DNA of 64,000 bases, from the IMG/VR virus record IMGVR_UViG_3300037067_018091, positions 23,700 to 87,699 of that record; one strand, written 5' to 3'. Position 1 is the first letter of the stretch. Each line of letters begins with the position of its first letter. Positions 1-11,359 of this stretch are shown here, in pieces. Below the pieces are notes generated by a model. That model saw only the letters and a list, made by a program, of their open reading frames with translations. It ran no database searches and was not told the origin of the DNA. This DNA is from a virus (Duplodnaviria > Caudoviricetes). The translations under genes were made by a program, and so were the position numbers.

Positions 1-1401
<1,401 letters not shown>

Positions 1402-1434
1402 CGTTTAACGTTTTCCCAAGGAGGTTTAGTCTAA

Positions 1435-1932
1435 ATGGCTAACACTATTACTTTGAGAGGACACTTCGGCATTAAACAGTCGTTTAACGTTGCGTCTACG
1501 TATAGTTCTACTACTGGTTTGTATGCTCCTACGGCATCGTGGGTCGCCGGACAACTTTTTGTCATCGGCACGGCATCAACTTCATTAGTAGATGAGTACG
1601 TAGTAAAATGTTCAACGTCTGGATCTGCGGTCCTTGGAGTAGCTCTTGAGAACAGTGCGGATGCATCTACTGCTGTTGCAGGTATGGCGCAACCGTCAGG
1701 TTCTAAAGTAACTATTCTTCATGGCCACAGCAAGTTCGAAGTGAAGAACGGATCCGCTAATGGATGCTACGAATCAGAAATTGATGAAAATACTTCATTG
1801 ATGACTCTGTTGTACGCTTCCAGTAACGGTAAGTTCGCTAAGACAGCGGGCAGCGGCCACGCAATTGGTTTCTTAACCAAAGCTCCGTCTGCTTCAAACA
1901 GTTACACAATTGGAGTCGTTTTATTCGGCTAA
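1435..1932 (+). CDS. Capsid decoration/stabilising protein
   Basis: 165 aa, Gly/Ser/Ala-rich beta protein immediately before the MCP; GGAGG RBS. Confidence 0.6.
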   Translation: MANTITLRGHFGIKQSFNVASTYSSTTGLYAPTASWVAGQLFVIGTASTSLVDEYVVKCSTSGSAVLGVALENSADASTAVAGMAQPSGSKVTILHGHSKFEVKNGSANGCYESEIDENTSLMTLLYASSNGKFAKTAGSGHAIGFLTKAPSASNSYTIGVVLFG

Positions 1933-1953
1933 TTAGGAGGTTAGTACTTTATT

Positions 1954-2943
1954 ATGAAAAAGAATGCAAGTGCATACCCGCCCGGATATCAGCAGAAAAC
2001 TGCGACTCCTGAAGCGGGGTTTGGTGTGGAGAAGACAGCTGACTTCTCAACAACTGATCCATATACGCAGTATACAGATGCTGCCGAGGCGGATCAGATT
2101 TTTACGCTTTTGCAATCGGAAGCAGGGCGCCAGGCATTAGGTGCTCAAATGGCGATTCCTATTCGTACCCAGCTCGATTACCAGGGCATGGCGCGTAGAT
2201 TTTTCGAGATCGACGTTCTAGGTCAGGGACAAATTGCGCGGTACGATCGGGATATTAACGCATTCGCGGCCACAGTAACTAAGAAAGGTGAGTCTGTTCA
2301 GTTTATTGTTGAAGGCGCATACGTTGAGCCCGTAACGTGGGAAATTTTTGCTCCCGCGGCAATTCGGTTGAAAGAAATCCAACAGCGTCGTTTCAATGTT
2401 CTCGATCGTATGCAGGAGAGAATCCGTATTGCGGTCCAGATCGAAGAAGACACGCAATTCTTGGCCCTCACTGAAACGGTCGTGTCTAACAACACGTCCA
2501 ACAACCCGATTACTACTTCTACTGCGGGCGCATCTAAGGATTTCTATAATCAACTTTCTGCGGAAATTATGAAGTGGGATTTGCCCGCTTATGCGTACTT
2601 GATGAATTTCAAGACGTTCAGTCATTTCCGTTCATGGCGTCGTAATGACGTTGATCCTGTAACCCAACGTGAAATTTGGCAAACTGGATTATTTGGTAGT
2701 CTTTGGGGAGTCGATATCATTGTCTCCCGTTTGGTTCCAAATAACTGGGTCTATTGCTATTCTGAGCCGCGGTTTACAGGTGTATTACCTGTTCGTACTG
2801 ATTTGATTCTTCTTCCGGATGATACGCCGAAGGAAGCATTGATCGGTTATGTCGGGTACGAAGAAATCGGTATGTTGATTGTTAATTCGAATAGTGTCGC
2901 CCGCGGGTCATTTAGTGGTTTTATTTCTACTGGTGTTGCTTAA
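1954..2943 (+). CDS. Major capsid protein, HK97 fold (encapsulin/linocin-like subtype)
   Basis: 329 aa; ALGAQMAIPIRTQLDYQGMARR..GQIARYDRD and C-terminal GYVGYEEIGMLIVNSNSV resemble large-phage MCPs; AGGAGG RBS; followed by a hairpin. Confidence 0.8.
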   Translation: MKKNASAYPPGYQQKTATPEAGFGVEKTADFSTTDPYTQYTDAAEADQIFTLLQSEAGRQALGAQMAIPIRTQLDYQGMARRFFEIDVLGQGQIARYDRDINAFAATVTKKGESVQFIVEGAYVEPVTWEIFAPAAIRLKEIQQRRFNVLDRMQERIRIAVQIEEDTQFLALTETVVSNNTSNNPITTSTAGASKDFYNQLSAEIMKWDLPAYAYLMNFKTFSHFRSWRRNDVDPVTQREIWQTGLFGSLWGVDIIVSRLVPNNWVYCYSEPRFTGVLPVRTDLILLPDDTPKEALIGYVGYEEIGMLIVNSNSVARGSFSGFISTGVA

Positions 2944-2957
2944 TCGTTGTTGAATAA

Positions 2958-2987
2958 GTAAAGAGGGGGGTAATTCCCCCTCTTTAC
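2958..2987 (+). terminator. Stem-loop after the MCP gene, probable terminator or transcript stabiliser
   Basis: GTAAAGAGGGGG-gtaatt-CCCCCTCTTTAC, perfect 12-bp stem; no clear U-tract. Confidence 0.7.
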
Positions 2988-3009
2988 CGTTAAGAAAGGA
3001 TTTTATAGA

Positions 3010-3198
3010 ATGGCGGAGTCCAAGGAGAAATTAAGTAAGATTATGAATCGTCTTCGGGCTAGATTATTTAATCACTTTGAAGCAATGGGTCTTACGGAGG
3101 AACAGCTTAAGGCGCATAAGCAAGCAGTGAAAGATATTACATCATCTACTTGGAACGATTTAGATGTTCTTTTAAATGATGAAAGGGGAAGTAAGTAA
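3010..3198 (+). CDS. Small hypothetical protein
   Basis: 62 aa, AAGGA RBS, TAATG-coupled to next gene. Confidence 0.6.
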   Translation: MAESKEKLSKIMNRLRARLFNHFEAMGLTEEQLKAHKQAVKDITSSTWNDLDVLLNDERGSK

Positions 3199-3872
3199 TG
3201 TTAAATTCTGATGAAGAAAAGGCTATTATAGTTGTAGCTAGTCCCGGTTATCAAGTTCTCTTGAATGTTGGAAATGATTGTCTTACAATTGATGCATTTA
3301 ATCCCGTTAATTTGAGTCAGTTATACAATACAGAAATTTTAAGTAAATGTGGTTCTTTAGCGACACATTTACGAGATGGGCATTTAATTATGTATACAGG
3401 TGAAAACCTTCCAAAAGATCCAAATACACAACGAATAAATGCTCTCCGTAATTCAACTGCGCAGCATATTGAAGCGCAATTTTCTCAAACTGCGCAGGAT
3501 TCAAATCATCCAGATATGCAAATAGAAACTAAAGCGGTTAATGTTAATGAAACTAATAAAGTATCTTTGCAACAACAAGTGACTGAATCGCGAGAAGCCT
3601 CGAAAAAGGTTGAAAGTAGACTACGTGCAAATATTGCAAAAGAATATGAGCATTCTGCATCAGTTACTTCAGATCCCGCACGAACTGTGTCGGATCCGGA
3701 TACAAAGGATTTACTTAAAATGAAAGTTTCATTTGATGTTGATCCTAAAGTTTTTGCTGCGAAACAAGAAGCATCTCGTAAGAAATTAGACACTATTGCG
3801 CAACAAGAAGAAGATGATGCGCAAAATGAAATTAATCAAATTGAATCAAAAGAAGAAACTGGAGGAAAATAA
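3198..3872 (+). CDS. Hypothetical protein (head region)
   Basis: 224 aa ORF with charged helical C-terminus. Confidence 0.65.
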   Translation: MLNSDEEKAIIVVASPGYQVLLNVGNDCLTIDAFNPVNLSQLYNTEILSKCGSLATHLRDGHLIMYTGENLPKDPNTQRINALRNSTAQHIEAQFSQTAQDSNHPDMQIETKAVNVNETNKVSLQQQVTESREASKKVESRLRANIAKEYEHSASVTSDPARTVSDPDTKDLLKMKVSFDVDPKVFAAKQEASRKKLDTIAQQEEDDAQNEINQIESKEETGGK

Positions 3873-3875
3873 TAA

Positions 3876-4418
3876 ATGGCGGTAACGGTTTATTGGGTAG
3901 AATTTAACGCTGGGTATGGTGATGGTAGTACAGGGACCGCACTTGCTCAAAGTTTAAATTTTGGCAGTGTAGATCTTGCGAATTTGACTCCTGCCAGTTA
4001 TCCGATCGCCGCGGGATCTAATGGTTTTGCTAAGTATATAAAGATTCATTTTTCTGGATCTTATACACAAATTAGTAATGCAAAACTTTGGAAGTCTAAT
4101 GGAGCGTATAAGACTGGAGAAGCAATTAAATTCTCTGGTAATTACGTAAAAGGTACTGGTGCGCCTACTGCGACTGCTCTGCCAGCAGTTAGTGGTAAAG
4201 CAGTTCCAGATATTGCTGTGGCATCTCCGGGTAGTGCGAACGTTTGCTTACCTGATTTGACTACAGATATTTTGAAACAATCAGAACATGAAAGCTCTCC
4301 TGGGTATGCTTCAGGTGCGTATTCATCTATGATGGCGTTCCAGCTCCAAACTACTTCGAGTGCTCCGGCCGGTCCGGTTAACACAAAGACAATTTCGCTT
4401 ACATACGATCGACAGTAA
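3876..4418 (+). CDS. Putative virion structural protein
   Basis: 180 aa, Ala/Gly/Ser/Thr-rich beta composition, GGAGG RBS, in head-neck block. Confidence 0.55.
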   Translation: MAVTVYWVEFNAGYGDGSTGTALAQSLNFGSVDLANLTPASYPIAAGSNGFAKYIKIHFSGSYTQISNAKLWKSNGAYKTGEAIKFSGNYVKGTGAPTATALPAVSGKAVPDIAVASPGSANVCLPDLTTDILKQSEHESSPGYASGAYSSMMAFQLQTTSSAPAGPVNTKTISLTYDRQ

Positions 4419-4505
4419 TTGTAATACAATACGTTACCAAAATTTATATTAGATTCGAAAAGAGATACAACTGTTTTCGTTTCTAATTTTTTAGGTGGAG
4501 TAAAT

Positions 4506-4943
4506 ATGTGGAAAGCAAAGTTTAAAGATGGTTCAACTCTCCAAGAATTTGATGATTCTGGAAAAAATGAAGTACTTTTTGGAAAAGTGATGGCTCGTGT
4601 AACAGAATTAGAAACTCTTTCAATTCTTTTAACTTCTTCTAAAAGTTTTACAATTCGTTTTACCGATGGCCGATTTACCTTATCTAATAATGGTGTAGAT
4701 ATTCATATTTATGGATTTGATTTTCAAAAATATGATATTTTTAAATTAACGAATATACGGCCAATTTATTTTGTTCGTGAAACCGTAGATTTTAACATTG
4801 GCGCGCGTAAAGGTTTGCAAGTTGCATCTCAACCGCAGATTAATTTTATTGCATTAGGATTTCAAGCAAATTATGAGAATAAAAATATTAAACGATATTT
4901 GTTAATTTCTCCGGGTGGAGATAGTTTAATTAAGGACGAATAA
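4506..4943 (+). CDS. Hypothetical protein
   Basis: 145 aa, GGTGGAG RBS, TAATG-coupled to next gene. Confidence 0.65.
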   Translation: MWKAKFKDGSTLQEFDDSGKNEVLFGKVMARVTELETLSILLTSSKSFTIRFTDGRFTLSNNGVDIHIYGFDFQKYDIFKLTNIRPIYFVRETVDFNIGARKGLQVASQPQINFIALGFQANYENKNIKRYLLISPGGDSLIKDE

Positions 4944-5725
4944 TGCAAATTTTATATCGGGATAAGACAGAGCGCATCTGGACAGATTTTAAAGATGAAA
5001 ATGGTATTTCTATACAACCATCTGGTAGTATCACTGTAAGTATTCAATATCAAAGTGATGCGACTCCTCGAGTTGCGGCTGCAGTAGCTACGCATTATGC
5101 TAACGGGCAATATTTTTACGAGATTGATGTAGATAGTACTTGGCCATATGGGTATTATGGTGCATTTTGGCAAGCGGATCAATCTGGATTAATTCTTGCT
5201 GCAGATGTTCCAAATGTATTTAAAATAGAAAGTACTAATGAGTCGATCATAAAAGGAATTATGCTTGAACGTGTACGGTCTCAATTATATATGCATGAAG
5301 ATATGGGCGGATTTATAAATAAATTTCCACGAAATCGAGAACTATTAGATCATTTACAAACAAGCTTAAATTGGTGGAATGCTTATCCACCTGCAATAAC
5401 ATTTCATTCATTTCTTGATGTGCCTCAACCATATTATTCTATTATTGAAGAAGGCGCTGTTATAAATGCATTAGTTGCTATTGGGGTATTTGAAGCGGGT
5501 AAACATTTTATTTATAATGATAACGGAATTTCATTAACTCGTGATCGTAGCGGTAAATATCAAGCAATTTTTAATCAATTGATGACGAGTTATATACAAA
5601 ATTTAAAAGCCATGCGTACAAAATATGCACTTGATCATGTAATCGCGCGCGGATTATTCTCTAGTACTACTGGTTTCCCGAGAAGTTTGTCTCGTGCGCT
5701 CAGAGGCGTGAGCAAGTTCGCATAG
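4943..5725 (+). CDS. Head-tail adaptor (neck) protein with N-terminal Ig-like extension
   Basis: C-half LNWWNAYPP..GAVINALVAIG..YNDNGISLTRDRSGKYQ resembles large-phage neck proteins; N-terminal ~95 aa beta-sandwich-like. Confidence 0.6.
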   Translation: MQILYRDKTERIWTDFKDENGISIQPSGSITVSIQYQSDATPRVAAAVATHYANGQYFYEIDVDSTWPYGYYGAFWQADQSGLILAADVPNVFKIESTNESIIKGIMLERVRSQLYMHEDMGGFINKFPRNRELLDHLQTSLNWWNAYPPAITFHSFLDVPQPYYSIIEEGAVINALVAIGVFEAGKHFIYNDNGISLTRDRSGKYQAIFNQLMTSYIQNLKAMRTKYALDHVIARGLFSSTTGFPRSLSRALRGVSKFA

Positions 5726-5775
5726 AACTTGTTGAATAACAATAAGTTAACTATACTAATAGAGATTATAGTTTT

Positions 5776-6033
5776 ATGATAAAACAAGAAAAGTGTATAG
5801 AATTTCGTAAGTTATTTGAAGAAGGGCATCTTACTATTGTTGATATCGCGCGGATGTATAAAGTATCAGATGGTACTGTTCGTCGATCTATTGTTAGAGC
5901 AGGTGGCAATATTCCAATTCCTGTAGGACGAAAATATTCGACTGAGCTAGTTAAAAAATGGGCGGATCTTTCTGGATGTATGGGATTTACTATTGGTGAA
6001 GAGAAGCCAGCGAAAGAAAAAAGGAACTATTAG
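5776..6033 (+). CDS. Helix-turn-helix protein
   Basis: LTIVDIARMYKVSDGTVRRSI is an HTH-like pattern. Confidence 0.6.
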   Translation: MIKQEKCIEFRKLFEEGHLTIVDIARMYKVSDGTVRRSIVRAGGNIPIPVGRKYSTELVKKWADLSGCMGFTIGEEKPAKEKRNY

Positions 6034-6053
6034 CCTTAAATAAGGATCTTCAG

Positions 6054-6194
6054 ATGTATGGAAAACTCGCACAACAGGTTGGATTTATCACTGATCTTTC
6101 TCAATGGCAAATGAAAGTAAATCATGGAATGTATCAAGTTCCGCAGATAACCGTACAAAAACCTGAGAATAAAAATGTCTCCAATTATAAATAG
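6054..6194 (+). CDS. Small hypothetical protein (46 aa, below ORF-track cutoff)
   Basis: Translated by hand: MYGKLAQQVGFITDLSQWQMKVNHGMYQVPQITVQKPENKNVSNYK; AAGGA upstream; fills the gap between two genes. Confidence 0.45.
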   Translation: MYGKLAQQVGFITDLSQWQMKVNHGMYQVPQITVQKPENKNVSNYK

Positions 6195-7104
6195 TGGAAA
6201 TCCTCTCTCACCGGGTGAGAATTTATTTACTGATTGTGAAATTGGATTAGATAAAGAAATTATCGCTTATATAAAGGAAAACCATACTCTTCAAGTGAGA
6301 ATTGGTGCAGAACCATTTTATTTATTTCAACGAATAGATCAAGGAGAGTTAATAAGTCGTTCGGTCGTTAGATGGGCTACGGCTGCTCCACAATATTCTG
6401 CAATAATTTGGCAACCTGGAGATAGTGATACACTTCATCCAAATCATAGGATACAAACAAATCATTGGACATTATTTAATAATGCTTCTCCAATGACAAG
6501 AGTATATGATAAGGATTCTATTGCGTATGATAATGAATATGCAATAGAATTTTTACGCTCAAATTCTGAAAGTACGTTTGGAACAGTTAAAGTTTGGTTT
6601 AATAATAATTTTGTACCGACAAATGTTTCATATTCATTTCGAAATTTGTGTATTTGTGTAGATGCTACAACAGGATATCCAAATAGAGAATGTCCGCTTT
6701 GTCGTGGAACAAGTTATCCTGCAGCATTTACGCTTTATACATGTGCTGCTTCTAAATATAAACCAACAAATACAATTTTAGTACGTGTTCCTATGATAAA
6801 ACAGGAAGATCCTGTGGAACAAGTTGGTAGAATTCGTAGACGTGATACATTTCATTGGACTGAAGCAGATCCATATGTTAATAATTATGATTTAATTATG
6901 GGGACAATAGGAAACGATGCGGGCGTTTTATTTGAAATTGTTCGTAAAGCGGATAGTAGATGGCGTGGAATTTTAACGCATCAAGAATTTGATACTGTAC
7001 GTATTGAAGATAGCGATATTCGTTATCAACTTGCACCTATTTCAATAATTCCAAAGATAACTGAAATTGCAACAATTACATCAGATGCGGTTATTACAGT
7101 ATGA
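6175..7104 (+). CDS. Head-closure/neck protein with Cys motif
   Basis: GAEPFYLFQR..CICVD..ECPLCRGT..FEIVRKADSRWRGILTHQEF; located between adaptor and terminator. Confidence 0.55.
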   Translation: MSPIINSGNPLSPGENLFTDCEIGLDKEIIAYIKENHTLQVRIGAEPFYLFQRIDQGELISRSVVRWATAAPQYSAIIWQPGDSDTLHPNHRIQTNHWTLFNNASPMTRVYDKDSIAYDNEYAIEFLRSNSESTFGTVKVWFNNNFVPTNVSYSFRNLCICVDATTGYPNRECPLCRGTSYPAAFTLYTCAASKYKPTNTILVRVPMIKQEDPVEQVGRIRRRDTFHWTEADPYVNNYDLIMGTIGNDAGVLFEIVRKADSRWRGILTHQEFDTVRIEDSDIRYQLAPISIIPKITEIATITSDAVITV

Positions 7105-8189
7105 GTTTAGAATTTAGACAATCGAGAGATATCAAACAAGTTTTTGTAGAATTTGTAAATAAAATCTTTCATTTAAATTCTCAATGGATAAATGTAGATA
7201 CTGAAGTTATATCTGTATCTGCGGAAAATGCTCCAAATGCGTACGAACAATATCCATGGGACAATGAAAAATATCCAATAGTCGTATGTTTATCTGATGG
7301 ATCTTCCGATGATCATTGGGCAATAGATTCGCGCATTGGAAATTTTTGGGAAACTTTACGTGTAGGTTCTGCTGCAAGAGATTATGTTCAACTCGGGAAT
7401 AATCCAGTTGCGTTTGGAGTACATATAGATGATACTCCATTAACGCTTCGACAAGTAAAATTACCTCTTTTGTATCTTGGACCTTATGAAGAATCCGTTG
7501 GAATTACTCTTTGGTCTTCAGGCTCTTTAGGTCCTGCGGTTAAATTAGCTAGTGGAAGTATTAATCCGGGGAGAAATGCTAATTATAAATGGTACCAGAC
7601 GGGCATGTATGATTTAGCTAGTGATAATGTAATACTTACGGCTAATACGAATTATTTTATTTCGGTTAAAGTATTGAGTGGTTCGTATGCATTGATGTTG
7701 GATAATGCTCCAAAACCATCAATTACACCTTTTGTAAGATATTTACAATTTAATGGTACTAATTGGAATATAGATTATACCAAAACAGGGTACGCATTAT
7801 TAAACGGCCCGATTTATAGACGCCTCGGCGGTGGTCTTCAAAGTAATATTCGACTTTTTATAGAGGCAAAAGATCTTTCTACTACCCAGAAAATTGCAGA
7901 ATTACTTTTTATTTATTTACACTTACAAAAGCACTCTAATGTAAAACGTAAAATTAAACAGACATTAGAATCGAATCAAACTGGGATGGAATACGATTTT
8001 GTAAGTAATTTATCTGAAAAAGGTATTTTTATTATTGATGTTAATAAAGGTGGCGAAAATGTTCGAAATCGTGGAAATGACCGCCTTTTTTCTATAGAAT
8101 TGACCATTACTTGCTATAGTGCATGGACTGAGGACTTTGTACTACCTGAATTGAAGGATATAAATACAGATGATATAGGTTCTTTTTAA
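7101..8189 (+). CDS. Tail completion/terminator protein with inserted beta domain
   Basis: YEQYPWDNEKYPIVV at N-end and IRLFIEAKD..LFSIELTITCYSAW at C-end flank a jelly-roll-like insert; directly upstream of sheath. Confidence 0.55.
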   Translation: MSLEFRQSRDIKQVFVEFVNKIFHLNSQWINVDTEVISVSAENAPNAYEQYPWDNEKYPIVVCLSDGSSDDHWAIDSRIGNFWETLRVGSAARDYVQLGNNPVAFGVHIDDTPLTLRQVKLPLLYLGPYEESVGITLWSSGSLGPAVKLASGSINPGRNANYKWYQTGMYDLASDNVILTANTNYFISVKVLSGSYALMLDNAPKPSITPFVRYLQFNGTNWNIDYTKTGYALLNGPIYRRLGGGLQSNIRLFIEAKDLSTTQKIAELLFIYLHLQKHSNVKRKIKQTLESNQTGMEYDFVSNLSEKGIFIIDVNKGGENVRNRGNDRLFSIELTITCYSAWTEDFVLPELKDINTDDIGSF

Positions 8190-8201
8190 AACGACCTATA
8201 T
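8173..8201 (+). terminator. Inverted repeat at the end of the tail-terminator gene
   Basis: ATATAGGT-13 nt-ACCTATAT; immediately followed by TATAAATG. Confidence 0.3.
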
Positions 8202-8262
8202 TATAAATGTATAGTTGGCGCTTTTGAAAATATTTTGTTTATCATAATTTTTGGAGGTTAAC

Positions 8263-9654
8263 ATGGCTTATACACCACCGAGTGTACGAGTTACAAGTAT
8301 TGCGAATAGCCGAATAATTAATATTTCCGGTGATGTTCGTATTCCTGCAATTGTTGGTGAAGGTCCGTCTGTACGTACGGTCACTGATCAGGCAATTGTG
8401 CGCGGATCAGGCGCGGGCCCGGATCTTTTAAATATTACTCCAAGCGGTAGCGCAGGAACTGTAACATTAACTCGTGTATCTCCCTATCCGGGAGCAACTT
8501 CAAGCTATTCAGCTTGGGATAATCGCTATTCACTTTCTGGATCGTTTGGTGATGTTTATTGGGATCCAGGTGCAGTTCAAGGAAGTACGGCGCCGCGCCG
8601 GGGTGAAATTTATTATGTCTCATATGTTTATCCTGTGCCCGCCACTCAATTTGATCCAGTAATTTTTACGGATTCGAATGATATCATCGCCGCATATGGA
8701 GCTGAAAGTGCTTTAAATAAGTTAACGGTTGCTGCAAATATGGCATTAGAAAATGGTGCACCCGCAGTACTTTGTTTACAAGTTTCAGGATCTGGATCAT
8801 CGTTGGCTAATTGGCAAAGTGCTTTAAATAAGTTAAGAAAGAAAGATAATATCGCGTATGTTGTACCTATTACAACAGACGTTGCCGTAACGGGTATCGT
8901 TGCTGCAGTCGTTCAACATTGTAATGAACAATCTTCTCCAGATATTGGACATGAGCGTGAAGCGATTGTCGGTATGGATAGTGCGGCAACTGTAGATACT
9001 ACTGTTACTAAATCTACTGCATTAGATGATAAGCGCGCAATTTTAGTTGCTCCGGGCGTATCAGTTACTCGTACTACCGCGGCTGGTACAACGTTAACTC
9101 TAGACGGATCATATATAGCTGCGGCACTTGCGGGATTAATTACTGCGCAAGCAAAACCAATTCAACCTGTTACAGGAAAAATAATTACAGGATTTGTAAT
9201 TCCCGATGATCAATATGAACCGTATGAGATGAATCGAATGGGGGCAGCCGGTGCGACAGTTATTTATGCTAAATCGGGTATAAATAAAGTTAGACATGCT
9301 GTGACGACTGATCCTACTTCTTCAGATACTTTTGAAATTTCTGTAGTTGCCGCAGATGATTTAGTTCGTAGAATTACACGACAAAAATTAACTGATGCGT
9401 ATATCGGTAAAGGTCTTGTAATTACGGCGAGCACTCCGGCGCAAGTTGAAGGTACCGTTAAGGCAATTTGGAATTCACTTGTTAGAGATGGTTTAATTTT
9501 TGAATATGGTACGAAAAATAATCCTACTACAGGAGAGGTACCTATTTCAGCTGCGCAAGATCCAAATGAGCCGACTCGTATTAATGTAACTGGATCAGTT
9601 AAGTTTTTGTATCCACTTAACTATATCAGTTTAGAATTTTATATCTATGTGTAA
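8263..9654 (+). CDS. Contractile tail sheath protein
   Basis: MAYTPPSVRVTS..IPAIVGEG, DIIAAYG, C-terminal EISVVAADD..RINVTGSVKFLYPLNYI; ATG at 8263 has GGAGG RBS (track start 8251 is TTG). Confidence 0.9.
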   Translation: MAYTPPSVRVTSIANSRIINISGDVRIPAIVGEGPSVRTVTDQAIVRGSGAGPDLLNITPSGSAGTVTLTRVSPYPGATSSYSAWDNRYSLSGSFGDVYWDPGAVQGSTAPRRGEIYYVSYVYPVPATQFDPVIFTDSNDIIAAYGAESALNKLTVAANMALENGAPAVLCLQVSGSGSSLANWQSALNKLRKKDNIAYVVPITTDVAVTGIVAAVVQHCNEQSSPDIGHEREAIVGMDSAATVDTTVTKSTALDDKRAILVAPGVSVTRTTAAGTTLTLDGSYIAAALAGLITAQAKPIQPVTGKIITGFVIPDDQYEPYEMNRMGAAGATVIYAKSGINKVRHAVTTDPTSSDTFEISVVAADDLVRRITRQKLTDAYIGKGLVITASTPAQVEGTVKAIWNSLVRDGLIFEYGTKNNPTTGEVPISAAQDPNEPTRINVTGSVKFLYPLNYISLEFYIYV

Positions 9655-9676
9655 ACTAATAAAGAGGTAATTTATT

Positions 9677-10159
9677 ATGGCAAGATTGCCCGTCACACGA
9701 TCAGAAGTTTTTTATTCGTATGAAATACAGATTAATAACATTCCGGTAGGAACGTTAAAATCTTTTACTCCGCGTCATACGAGAACTCATGAAATTGTGC
9801 GTGAAATTTCAACAAATGGTGGAGAGATCGTTGAAATCGCTCCTGGTGTACCTACTTATCAACTTACTTTGAATAAAGTACGGTTATACGAAGATACATT
9901 ATTAGATTTTTTTGGTGTTGTATCTCAAGATATTCAAAAACAAGTACAAGCAATTAATATTATTGAAACCGTTTGGCAGCCCGACAGCACTATTCAAAAT
10001 GATCAAATCACTGGACCGGCAGAAGCAGATTCTTCAGGAACCCGCCTTCGTACAATTACATACGAAGATTGTTGGATCATAGAGTGGGGGAAAACTGTTT
10101 CATCTGATGGAATTCTGATTGTTGAAGATATGACTGTTCAGTGTACGCGCGTAGTTTAA
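9677..10159 (+). CDS. Tail tube protein
   Basis: 160 aa after sheath; VGTLKSF..ITYEDCWIIEWGK..EDMTVQC typical tube pattern. Confidence 0.85.
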   Translation: MARLPVTRSEVFYSYEIQINNIPVGTLKSFTPRHTRTHEIVREISTNGGEIVEIAPGVPTYQLTLNKVRLYEDTLLDFFGVVSQDIQKQVQAINIIETVWQPDSTIQNDQITGPAEADSSGTRLRTITYEDCWIIEWGKTVSSDGILIVEDMTVQCTRVV

Positions 10160-10200
10160 TTTTAATAAGTATCGACATTTATAGATAAGAAGGAGTTGTT

Positions 10201-10740
10201 ATGGCGTCTATCCTAGAAAAGTTAGGTATAGCAACTTGTGGTTTAGAACAAACTATTACTCCATTTAAATCTTGGAAAGAAAGCCCCGTTAAAGAATGGA
10301 AGATAGTTCTACGTATGCTCACTACAGGTGAATTAGTCGAATTAGCGGAAAAAACTGCACATACTGCATCATCTGCTGTAGGAATTTCATATTTGAGTAA
10401 AGTATATTTATTAGCTACCGCTTTAGTAAGTATTAATAATCAACCGGTTGCGACAGATGAAGATGTAGAAAATCATAATAAAGAATATAGTCTTTTTGGA
10501 GCGCAAAAGATTTCTTTATATGATTACAAAGTAATTTTAATTAAAAAGTTATCGGAACCAGTTGTAAATACTTTAGTGATCGCTTATGATAGTGTACAAG
10601 ATCAGTATATGCGAAAACATTTCGGTGAAAATATTGTAGATTCTCAACAACAAAAATCAGATTTAGATTTATTAAGTAAGGTACCGAATAATGAATCCCC
10701 TGAAGCTTCCCCAGAACGCGGCGAAACAAGCAGTAATTGA
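10201..10740 (+). CDS. Tail assembly chaperone
   Basis: Position after tube; LRMLTTGELVE and LATALVSINNQP motifs. Confidence 0.6.
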   Translation: MASILEKLGIATCGLEQTITPFKSWKESPVKEWKIVLRMLTTGELVELAEKTAHTASSAVGISYLSKVYLLATALVSINNQPVATDEDVENHNKEYSLFGAQKISLYDYKVILIKKLSEPVVNTLVIAYDSVQDQYMRKHFGENIVDSQQQKSDLDLLSKVPNNESPEASPERGETSSN

Positions 10741-11359
10741 GGGAATATTACCTAAGTATCCTATTGAAGTTTTTAATATTCCATTTATAATTCATTTTAT
10801 TGATACTCCTTCAGCGCCGGGTGCGTTTGCACAATTACACTATTTTGAACAAATAATATCATGTAAAGGATTTTCGGGAAAAGAATTTGTAAAAGATCTT
10901 CCACCAATATTTTATCAAGAAATTATTAGAATTTTTTGTGATATTCAACCTGTTATAGGTGCTCAATTATTGCAACAGCTTGATGAATTTCTTGAAACTG
11001 ATGAATCACGTAATTATTGGGAACTTTTTAAAATTACTCGTCCTGAATTAGTTGTAAATATTAACGAACGTTTAAATTTTTTACAACGTAAATGGATTTT
11101 AGTTAATGTTCAAAAAGATAAGCAGGATACTGTACAACTCATTGGACAAATATTTGATGCCATTAAACCATGGCTTAATTCTGAATTATATCAACGCGTT
11201 CAAGAAGTAGAAGAAAGTCAGCGGGAAAATGTATTTTATGATGATGCTAATATAGAAAAAATTGATGCACGGATTCGAGCAAAAGCTAAAAAATTTAAAC
11301 AATCGCCACAAAAATTAACAAATGATTTAGATGAAATTTCAATTGATGAAGGTAAATAA
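10691..11359 (+). CDS. Second tail assembly chaperone / hypothetical
   Basis: 222 aa helical protein between chaperone and TMP. Confidence 0.45.
   Translation: MNPLKLPQNAAKQAVIEGILPKYPIEVFNIPFIIHFIDTPSAPGAFAQLHYFEQIISCKGFSGKEFVKDLPPIFYQEIIRIFCDIQPVIGAQLLQQLDEFLETDESRNYWELFKITRPELVVNINERLNFLQRKWILVNVQKDKQDTVQLIGQIFDAIKPWLNSELYQRVQEVEESQRENVFYDDANIEKIDARIRAKAKKFKQSPQKLTNDLDEISIDEGK

Noticed and set aside
2122-2145. EAGRQALG in the MCP as a member of the QxALG family
   Set aside because: Spacing is QALG rather than [IV]QxALG, and it is part of the conserved MCP N-terminal helix
10691-10740. Programmed frameshift between the two tail chaperone genes
   Set aside because: The downstream ORF is in the +1 frame, no canonical XXXYYYZ -1 slippery site is evident, and it has its own ATG with AAGGT upstream
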